A DNA stretch of 58,169 nucleotides, counting the filler, from Catajapyx aquilonaris (taxonomy: Eukaryota): assembly GCA_000934665.2 (NCBI GenBank). It is 4 parts of 4 records of this genome, joined end to end, with 100 filler letters (N's around TTAATTAATTAA, not from the genome) between each part and the next. Parts side by side here need not be neighbours in the genome. Positions count along the whole stretch, not along the records: positions 43,779 to 58,169 come from KZ539737.1; 3 more parts are not named here. One strand, 5' to 3'. Below the pieces are notes generated by a model, which ran no database searches, had not been told where the DNA came from, and saw nothing but the letters and a program-made list of their open reading frames with translations. Both the position numbers and the translations under genes were made by a program. Positions 48,831 to 58,169 of this stretch are shown one piece after another; within the stretch, counting starts at the first letter, position 1; every line of letters begins with the position of its first letter.

Positions 48831-49420
48831 ATATGGGGAGCTCGGGAGAAAAATGCAATTACCGCCAGTGGGAAATGCTAAAAGTTCTCAGCCTGAATGT
48901 TTTCCGGGGAAACAAATGAAGCATGAAAGGTGTCATCTGGTGGGGAGTACCTTCATGAGTATTCATGAATTTTTCCCCACCTGCAGAGAGTCAGTCGCTG
49001 GCAGTCAGCCTGTGAGTGACCGAGGGTAATATGCGCCTGTTGAATTTTCATTTTCCAAGAAAATTAAGGAACGACTTGAACAGGGTATGACCCATGACTC
49101 ATTATCAGTGTTCAGGAAGTCGGGGTCACCGTTTGAGGAGTCCATAATGTCCTGCGAGACTTGCAGCTCTGTCGGCAGGTAGCTTTGGCACACGAACTGA
49201 ATGTCTCAGGAGTAAAATGCGTTAACTGGCATGCAGCAGTGGGCTCACAGGCTGACTGGTGCTCTCTGCAGGTGGGGAAAAATTCACGAATACTCATGAA
49301 GGTACTCCCCACCAGATGATACCTTCCATGCTTCATTTGTTTCCATGGAAAACATTCAAGCCGAGAACTTTTTGCATTTTCCACTGGAGTTTATCATGTT
49401 TTTCTCCCGAGCCCCTCATA
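48831..49420. mobile_element. Long-TIR MITE
   Basis: ~190-bp arms ctcgggagaaaa...cagtcagcctgtgag mirrored at ~49244-49412. Confidence 0.8.
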
Positions 49421-49578
49421 TATCCCAGATCACACATCTTCTACAACACTCGGTAGAATTACTACCACACATTCTTGATTACATTACTCCACAAATTGAT
49501 TAATGAAAAGCTGAATAATAATAAAAAATCCTTGAAACAGTATACTCATCAATGTGCTGTTCTTCTCACTTGTTCTCT

Positions 49579-50730
49579 TCAAAGTGAGAAACTGCAACCA
49601 TGCATTGAGAAATCCTTGACATACTTTCTGCATTGTGAACACCTAGAAAACCCATGCTCCCTCATATGGGTTATGTAACACAATCGGGATTGAAACTTTT
49701 GTTGGCAAGTATGACGACAGGTATATTTCGTAATCTGACCCTGGCTCACCTTCATCTGACCCTGGCTCACATTCAACTGACTTTGGTTCACATTCAACGG
49801 ATTCTGGTTCACATTCATATGACCCTGGCTCACATTCATATGACCCTGGCTCACATTCATATGACCCTGGCTCACATTCATATGACCCTGGCTCACATTC
49901 AACTGACTCTGGTTCACATTCAACGGATTCTGGTTCACATTCATCTGACCCTGGCTCACATAATTCTGATTATAGTTGTTACTTATTTGAGAAGTCTGAG
50001 TTCCAGTCTGACTCTCTTTTTGATTACATCCCTCTCGGGATTTCTGTGTTGATTTTTCTATGGGGAGCCTCTTGGGTTCCTGAGGACCTCGATGACTTTC
50101 AAGAGACTTTCTTTTCAATTTTGCCTGGCACGTCTTCTCATGAGAAGACAGTCCGGTTGTAGTTACGAATTTCTGATGGCAAAACTTGCACACAATTACT
50201 TCAGATGCAACATGAACTTGTTCAATGTGACGCTTAGCTTTTGCCACTCTTGAAAATTGCATATTGCATGTCTCACACCTAATGTCTTCTGATCCTGACT
50301 CTATAACTACTCCACTACTAGAAGCCATGGTATCTGCACTGGAAAAGAAACTAAGGCCATTATCTTCACTACTGCAAGCTCCCACCGCAGGTTTCCGAGA
50401 CCACTCAATATTTGGATTAAAGTCTAGAGTTAGCATCAACTGTTCAAATTCAACAAACTGGCTCACACTCAGCTTGTGCTCCCCGGTGTAAATGACTTTA
50501 AGGCAGCATTCTACTGCAACCTTACTGAACTCATGCAACATGATTGCATCAGCAGATGGTGACTCCTTCAAAAGTCTATTTAGATAAGGAACCATGGCGT
50601 AGAGGATCAGCTTGTGGGCAGCAACACGTCCATCTTTGCAGACAATGATGATGTCCTTCTCAACTCCCTGAAGAGTCTGACTAATGGTTGATGAGTCAGC
50701 AATGTGGAAATATGCCATTGCAGATGCCAT
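49579..50730 (-). CDS. Intronless BTB/POZ-domain zinc-finger protein with a Q/N-rich heptad repeat (~383 aa)
   Basis: BTB: DIIIVCKDGRVAAHKLILYAMVPYLNRLL...LKVIYTGE; fingers CETC..H..VH, CKFC..H...C, CRHTC..H...H, CSQC..H.C; open frame. Confidence 0.9.
   Translation of the reverse strand: MASAMAYFHIADSSTISQTLQGVEKDIIIVCKDGRVAAHKLILYAMVPYLNRLLKESPSADAIMLHEFSKVAVECCLKVIYTGEHKLSVSQFVEFEQLMLTLDFNPNIEWSRKPAVGACSSEDNGLSFFSSADTMASSSGVVIESGSEDIRCETCNMQFSRVAKAKRHIEQVHVASEVIVCKFCHQKFVTTTGLSSHEKTCQAKLKRKSLESHRGPQEPKRLPIEKSTQKSREGCNQKESQTGTQTSQISNNYNQNYVSQGQMNVNQNPLNVNQSQLNVSQGHMNVSQGHMNVSQGHMNVSQGHMNVNQNPLNVNQSQLNVSQGQMKVSQGQITKYTCRHTCQQKFQSRLCYITHMREHGFSRCSQCRKYVKDFSMHGCSFSL
49733..49960 (-). repeat. 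Coding 21-bp minisatellite (~11 units; SQGHMNV / NQNPLNV / NQSQLNV)
   Basis: atatgaccctggctcacattc repeated; frame preserved. Confidence 0.95.
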
Positions 50731-50954
50731 GGTGATATTCTGAAACAAGATGAAGCCAGTTGATAAATGGTTTCATGGACCCAAATGAATTATTCTGCAT
50801 GTATTAAAAATATCCCCAAAAAATGCCTGCGAGTGGCTTTCCTGGTACTTTAAAGGTGGGTTTAGACAAAACAATAAAATCTGCTATCCAAGAGGGAATG
50901 GTAATATTTCATCAATTCCTTGCGGCATAGTAATGCTGTGTAAACTGCATCTTA

Positions 50955-51444
50955 AGGGGGGTTCACACTAGCATATGAAACGAACGAAACAAAACTATGG
51001 ACCAATCAGAGCCCACTTGCGGATGACGGTAGGTGACAAAAATTATGAAACGGTAAATATGAACAGAATCAACTTTCTACGGTGAATACGGACCTGTTCT
51101 TCCATTTCCACCAATGGGAGAGCCAGGAAAGCGGCAGGAGTGGGGCGAGCGAGTGGGGGCAGCGCCTCTGGAGGGGGCAGGACAAAGGAACTCAGTCAGG
51201 ACACGGGAGCTGGAGCAGGAGGAGAGCAGGCCTCGGGAGAAGAGAAGGATCCCAACCGGTCCGAAGGGAGGGAGAGCCAGAGGGAGAGCCGATTTGCCTG
51301 CCCGAGAGATCCAGCACAGCGCATGCGTGCGCGAAACAGAGGCTAAGCCACGCCGCTCGCTTTATGTGTCTGAACAGCTCGCCCATATTTCCATTTGTTT
51401 CGTCACACCGTTTTGTACCTACCATGTCTAGTCTGAACCCGGCT
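50955..51444. mobile_element. PIF/Harbinger-type MITE
   Basis: gggttcacactag / ctagtctgaaccc termini; TTA TSD. Confidence 0.65.
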
Positions 51445-51761
51445 TTAGACGCTGCTACCAAAGCAAGATGTAATGAGAAAAGCTGCTACAACAATGCAGT
51501 CTGAACTTTACATTGAGCAAAATATGTCCTTGAGCCTCTGCCATGGCGAAGGTACAGATTAAAACATTCACAAATAGGCCATTGCCAAAAGCCATGCGGT
51601 CACATTTTTATATCGCTAACGATGAAAATCCAGTCCTCGGCAACATCTTCCATGTCATAATACTGCAGCTAATAGCTGAAATTTACTCCTGAATTTTTGA
51701 ATAAATGGAATGGATGAGCCAAAAGGATATATGATAGGGTTCTCCTCCTGCATTCATATTA

Positions 51762-52061
51762 ATAATAATAATAATAATAATATCATACCCCATTGAAGCC
51801 GTTCTGGCTTTTTAGGGGGGAGATTTGTTTTTTTTGGCTGGAACTCTTGTAAACTTTATTTCGCTTTTTGGGACGGGATAGGGATGGAAGGAAGCGGCTG
51901 TGGCCTATTAACTAGGAAACAACTCCGGTATTCACCTGGAGGAACCGTGGGAAACCACAGAAAACCACGGTCAGAGTTGCCGGCACCGGGATTCGAACCT
52001 CGAACCCAGGACCTCCCGATTAGCAGGCGGACTCCATATCCACTACACCAACCTGCTTCGG
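51762..52061 (-). mobile_element. tRNA-derived SINE (family B), copy 3, with a different 3' part
   Basis: Same head and body; (ATT)n tail; TSD tcctgcattcatatta. Confidence 0.9.
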
Positions 52062-52407
52062 TCCTGCATTCATATTAGACATACCCAGTAAAACTTTTAT
52101 GATTTGAATATCCTCAAACTGAAGTTCTGTAAAGGCCTCTTTCCACTGGCACAACATTCAGGGACCAGATATCGGCATATTTTTGTGATAGAGCAGACAT
52201 AATGATTTATTTTTTCATTGAATACCAAATTATATCAAGCCAATCAGATACTCCACATCTGTACTAAGCAATGCCAGCCTTAACATTGCCCAGCGTTGCT
52301 GTTATTTGGCACCAGCTGCTCAGACTTTCAACTGTGCATGGCAAATGACACTGGTGTCTGGAACACACGTGGTTTTTGGCACCCTCTATCCTCTATGGGC
52401 ATCTATA

Positions 52408-52968
52408 CAGGGTGTATCAGAGTCACGGGTCAAGCGAGTGCAAGGGGGTGGGGAAAAATCGTAGGTGGCAACAACCCTGGTCGGTTTTATAAAACAATTA
52501 GAAATACGGCAGTAATCAATTTATTTATTACGGTCTACGGCGTGACGTCACGTCCAATCAGTTTGAATCGAGTCGGGCGGGCTGGCAAGAGTCAAGGTAA
52601 GAGTGCAGTGGTTGAACGGGTTTTTAGCCTTGCGGGTTGCACTGGAAAAGGCTACACCGGCAGGGTACTGAACACACTACTTGTAGTGTGTTTAGTGCCC
52701 TGCCGCTGTAGCATGAGAGCGCCTTTTTCAGTGCAACCCGTAAGTTCAGTAAAAACCCATTCAACCACTGCACTCTTACCTTGACTCTTGCCAGCCCGCC
52801 CGACTTGATTCACACTGATTGGACGTGACGTCACGCCGTAGACCGTAATAAATAAATTGATTACTGCCATATTTCTAATTGTTTTATAAAACCGACCGGG
52901 GTTGTCGCCACCTACGATTTTTCCCCACCCCCTCGCACTCGCTTGACAAGTGACTCTGATACACCCTC
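52408..52968. mobile_element. Palindromic Tc1/mariner MITE
   Basis: TA|cagggtgtatcagagtcac... ~245-bp arms ...gtgactctgatacaccctc|TA. Confidence 0.9.
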
Positions 52969-53906
52969 TATTATTAATACCCTACTGTGATGGCAATTCC
53001 TCCTGCTGTGTACGGCCTACTAGAGCATTGGGAGTGATGTCAAAATTTAGCCAGTGTGTCCTATATTTGCAATAAACGTTGGTTTTTTTGGAAATAGTGT
53101 CCAGGGAATTTATAAAGCCCAAAAAAATGCCGACCGACTAAAAAAACCAACCACCACAGAGTTCCCATAAATGCCATTCCGGCCGCAGGCACTACCTCCG
53201 CACCGTCTTACTTCGGTACTTCGCCTTCGGATGTCACTGCCTGGTCCGCGTCTCTCTGTCTCCCTCTCTCTCTCCACTTTCGCAATTTTGCCTAATTTTT
53301 TCTGCCTAATTTTGGCAAGTTGGTGCCTAGTTAGCATTCATTCAGGCCCTTCTCAAGCATGTGTGTGGGATGCAACCTGACGTCTTCATTTGATTGATAC
53401 ACTTGTTGCATGACATCTTGGCTGGTAGTTGTCTCACTGGCAACTGCCTCACTCAGGTATAGTGAGGCCCATTCATGGCTGGGAACCAAGGTCTTCTCTG
53501 TGACCCAGCAAAAGGGAGGCAGTTCATTAACCCAGATATGTTACATTTTAATTTTTTTGTGCAGGTTCTTCTGCTGCTAAAGAGCTGGCAGTAGTCACTG
53601 GGGCTTCAGGAGAGTCCCAGCTGATACAAGTTCAAACCTGCACAATATTGCTTCAGATTTTAAAGATACAGGTGTTTGAATTTTAACGCAGGAAATAATG
53701 GCTGCACCTCCACGTTCAGATGACGATTACCGTATTTACTCGCATATAAGACCTTTTTTCCGATTTTTGTAGCTCAAAAAGTAGGGTGCGTCTTATACGC
53801 GTGTGCGTCTTATACGGCAGGGGAAATCGTGAAAATCGTTTATTGAAAATTTTAAGCTTGTCGGTTTGATGTCCTGTCAGCACAGTTGATCACTTTCCTC
53901 TTGAAA

Positions 53907-56900
53907 TAGTCCGGGTGCTAAGGGACAAAATCGGCGTCAACTTCGCATTTTGTGATAAAAGCATGACACTCGGTACTCTCGCTCTTTGGGCCTTTCTGAA
54001 CATATCTGGACGTGGAGCAACAATACCTGACCCTGCGGGTCACGCGTATTGCGGGTTGTCTACCAGCAAGGGGGTGTTCCCTTTCACCCGCTGCACCAGG
54101 TGAACGGTTAACGTTAGGTCACTGGTTCCTTCGTTATTATGCTCTACATACTATGAGGATTAAACATTGTCATGAGTACGTTGGTCGTATTTGCTTAAAT
54201 TAGCGTGCAAAGTGCAAACTGCCACAAGGTGATTTTTTGTAAGGTAAGTTTAGGAGTTATGGTCTTTTACTGATCACTGAGGCATTTCATGAGGAAAAGC
54301 TTTAAATAAAAAGTGCATAAAACACCTTTATTAATTATAATGATCTTCACGGGTTCTTTCCTCCGATGAATATTTGCGGTGCTATGGAGGATCGAACCCC
54401 ACATCTGCGCGCGTGCAGGCTGCGATGGGGGATCGGTCTGAGGCCGCGCGCGCTCTCTCGTGTGGCGGTTACGCCGGGATTTGGGGGGAATAAAGTACAC
54501 AAGGGTTGGCTAATAACTACTATATTACAATATGGGAGTACCGTTCATAAAGAATGGTACGACTCTATATTGATAAATGTGTACCCTGTTCTCAACCCTT
54601 GGGTGCGCGACAGTATGCACATTTCGCAAATGAGAGATTGCGGTGTGGAACTCAGTCACTTCTACATCCGATCAAACACAACAAATTCCCTCTCTTCAGT
54701 TGGCCCGGTGTAGGTTCTTATTCTTCCACGGCACTGAAAAGAAAGGTCTCTAACCTGAAAAATGACTGTGCTTTGTTTGGCAGACTGTATGTCACATGCC
54801 AGAGCAGAAATGGCAACCTGGATGATTTTTTTGCCCATGAAAATCAGGTCAATCCAGCAGCTCTGTCAAAATCGGGACAAATGAGAAGCTGCAATAAAGC
54901 TGATCTCACAACATGTCGGCCAGCCCAAGCAGTATACAGGTAAATCATCACCTGCAGTCCAGTGCAAAATTCTCGATGGTGCAGCACTGGTGCATATCTT
55001 GACTCCTGGCACATCCGAGACCTTTAGTGAATATGTCCAAAAAGTATTTTTAAAAAAGTATTTAAACAGTATTTATGCCCTTATGAGAGAAGCAGATATC
55101 TATTCACGCATTGATGTCGTGTGGGACAGATACGATCCAGACAGTTTGAAGAATTCTACGAGAATAAGCCGGGGCTCTGGTTCACGAACTAAAGTCAACT
55201 TGTCCACAAGAATTCCAAAGAGCTGGCCCAATTTTCTAAGGTACTCCAACAACAAAGATGAGCTCTTCCAGCTTATTTCAAGGTGTATTTCCAAAGAAAC
55301 CTGGAATGGCAAGGAGGTATATACGTCTTTGGTAGATGGTGTCCTTACAAATGTTGAGCGAAAGGACATGCAAAACCTCACACCATGTGACCACGAGGAA
55401 ACCGACGCAAGGATGCTGCTGCATGCTGCAGACGCTGTGTCAAGGGGTTCCAAGTCAGTCATGCTTCGAACAGTGGACACAGATGTTCTTGTGCTGGCTG
55501 TAACCTATACGCTACCAAAATTAAGAACATAGAAGAACAGTGGGTTTCACTTGGTGTTGGAAACCATCACCAGTATATCGCCGCTCACTGTATCGCTGCA
55601 GATCTCGGTAAGTACATTTTTGTACTCGGTGGCGAAAACGGCTACAAAAATATACAGGTTCTTAAGGCGTCATTTTCTCCAGGTCCACATAAGTCTCTAG
55701 CACGACCTGCTTTCCATGCTTTTACGGGATGTGACTCCGTCTCATCGTTCGCTGGCAAAGGGAAGAAAACAGCATTTGAGGCGTGGAATGCTTATATCCG
55801 AACTCCACGAATGGTTTCCTCTTGATGATTACCCATGGAAAAATGTAAGAGGCAACAGACGACATTGGGAAGTTCACCGTCACTTTGTACGACAGGTCGT
55901 CTGGCTTGACCAGTGTCAGCAACGAGTGTTGAAAATCATTATTCACAAAGAAGAACAGGCAACTTGACTGCATTCCGCCAACATCAGCCGCTCTTCAGCA
56001 ACATGCACGGCGAGCAGCTTATCAAGGTGGATTCATTTGGGGACTGGGGTCAGGTCTACGTCCGCTTCTGGCATTACCCACACCGGAAGAATGGGGCTGG
56101 AGGAAAAAAAATAATAGTGTGGTTGGGGTTGGACAATGATACCTCCGGCGCCACAGTCGTGCTGCAAGGAGCTCATTCGTTGTGGGTGCAAAGAACCTTG
56201 CGGAGTCCAGTGCAAATGCGTCAAAGCAGATCTCCCATGCACTCAACTTTGTGCTTGTGACGGAGAGTGCCGTGATGACGAAGTGCCTTGATAAGTTTGT
56301 TTTGTTTCGGAAAGAAATCCCGACGTGTCCGTACCGAGATTAATAGGTTTATCGCAGAAAGCAAGCTCACTTTGCAGGTATATGTGCTGGTGAGTTGCGT
56401 CTGCTACATAGGCAACACGTTAATGTGCCCCCCCTCCCCCGCAGGGTCAGGCATCGTGTCTCCACATCCAGGTGTGTTAATAAAGGCCCAAAGAACGAGT
56501 GTACTGAGTTTCATGCTTATATCCTAAAATACAAAGGCATTTGAGAGCGCCGAGTGAGCGCGCACGGCCTCAGACCGATTCCCCCATCGCAGCCTACACG
56601 CGCACAGATGGGGTTCGATCCTCCGTAGCACCGTAAATATTCCTCGGAGGAAAGAACCCGTAGAGATCATTATAATATATTAATAAAGGTGTTTTACGCA
56701 CTTTTTATTTAAAGCTTTTCCTCATGAAATGCCTCAGTGATCAGTAAAAGACCGTAACTCCTAAACTTACCTTACAAAAAATTACCTTGTGGCAGTTTGC
56801 ACGCTAATTTAAGCAAATACGACCAACGTACTCATGACAATGTTTAATCCTCATAGTATGTAGACCATAATAACGAAGGAACCAGTGACCTAACGTTAAC

Positions 56901-57090
56901 CGTTCACCTGGTGCAGCGGGTGAAAGGGAACACCCCCTTGCTGGTAGACAACCCGCAATACGCATGACCCGCAGGGTCAGGTATTGTTGCTCCAAGTCCA
57001 GATATGTTCAGAAAGGCCCAAAGAACGAATGTACCAAGTGTCATGCTTTTATCACAAAACGCAAAGTCATTTCCCTTAGCACCCGGACTA
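53907..57090 (+). mobile_element. Academ DNA transposon, internally deleted
   Basis: 5'-TAG...CTA-3' termini, ~550-bp TIRs, AAA on both flanks, Academ-type XPG/PIN + Cys-rich coding remnant. Confidence 0.9.
54730..56291 (+). pseudogene. Academ transposase C-terminal part (XPG/FEN1-like nuclease + Cys8 finger), frameshifted, one intron at 55608-55682
   Basis: FFAHENQ..P..LS, ILDGAALVH, RIDVVWDRY, CDHEETDARMLLH, RTVDTDVLVL, FHAFTGCDSVSSF.GKGK, PPT..AL.QH..RA.YQ, CGCK..C...CKC....LPCT.LC.C. Confidence 0.9.
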
Positions 57091-57350
57091 AAATCGGCAC
57101 GGTACGACCTGCGTTTCTCATTCACTTCCATTGATATGCTCTCCCCGTCCACACATGTGCACAATTCCGGTGTGACCTTGCCACCTATACGTTTCAGATG
57201 AGTAGCATTGTCCCATTTTCCACTTGCCCCCCCCNNNNNNNNNNNNNNNNNNCCCCCCCCCCCCCTTTACTGGATTCTAATGGATTCCACAGCACATGCA
57301 TTGCACATGCAACCTGCAACATCACCTTATCCTCAGACATATTTACCTAT

Positions 57351-58169
57351 TTACCAATTAATTAACCTACGCCATTTGCACCTATCCAAACAAACAACCC
57401 TAGCCTCAGCCACGTCCATGGTCCTATTGACACAAGAACGTCTCGGCTTAACACTAGCAAAACCCTTAAGACACTGACCCACCTGGTCCAACCATGTCTT
57501 CCTAGGTCTACCCTTGCCCCTCTTACCAACTACTCCACCCAAATAAACCTTCTTAACAATCTCCTCCTCCTTCATCCTCTCCACATGGCCAAACCACCTT
57601 AGAGTAGACCTACTACACACCTTATCTTTAACAGTCCCCTTAACATTACACCTCTGCAAAATCTCCTCATTCCTAATCCTATCGAACTTGGTAACCCCAC
57701 AAACAGCCCGGAGATAACGCATCTCTGTAGCCAACACCCTACTCTTATGCCTATCTGACCAAACCCACGCTTCACTACCATACATAAGTGAAGGAACAAT
57801 AACGTGAGAATAGACAGACAACCTACAGGCAGAAGATAAGTCCTTATTTCTAGAGAACTTACTTGTGGCACCTATTACTTTCAACCCAGAACTAACTCTC
57901 CTGTCTATTTCCCCATCAATTCTACCATTACTCTCAAGGACACTACCTAGGTATACAAACTGGCTGACCTGCTCAACCAGTTTTCCTCGTACCTGCAACA
58001 TACAAGGAGAAACCTGCTGTCCCCTCTCAAATACCAATACCTTAGTCTTATCTACGTTAATCCTCATACCCTTCTTTTCACAAACATTATCTAACTTGCA
58101 TAGGATCAACTGTAAATCAGCCTCACTCTCCGCCAGAAGGGCAGAATCATCTGCATACAGCAAGTGACT
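57351..58169 (-). mobile_element. RTE-clade LINE, reverse transcriptase 3' end (runs off the window)
   Basis: LLYADD, GMRINVDKTKV, FVYLGS, LMYGSEAW, LRWFGHVERM, GKRGKGRPRKTW; open frame. Confidence 0.93.

Noticed and set aside
49654..50052. Plus-strand ORF with LAHIHMT repeats
   Set aside because: Antisense shadow of the BTB-ZF coding minisatellite

Overview
Eukaryotic (animal, probably arthropod/invertebrate) scaffold, very repeat-dense, with three artificial 100-bp gap linkers. Recognisable genes are an intact intronless BTB/POZ + zinc-finger ORF with a Q/N-rich heptad repeat (49579-50730, -), a peroxiredoxin processed pseudogene, a 3'-truncated U4 snRNA retrocopy and a pair of small two-TM ORFs. 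Mobile DNA includes an internally deleted Academ transposon with an intron, an RTE-type LINE 3' end, five tRNA-derived SINEs with TSDs, Helitron/Helentron-type elements (one with a Pif1 fragment), a solo LTR and many, often nested, MITEs (hAT, piggyBac-like, Tc1/mariner/pogo, PIF/Harbinger, P-like). The most interesting signal lies at ~1-23.6 kb: much of the DNA between the transposons is a set of at least seven decayed, mutually homologous, intronless coding relics. By eye they resemble the N-terminal/RdRp region of negative-strand RNA virus L proteins, suggesting a candidate endogenous-viral-element (EVE) cluster. They lie on + left of ~14 kb and on - right of it, as expected of a piRNA-cluster-like viral archive. 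The viral assignment rests on manual motif comparison from memory and needs a profile search.
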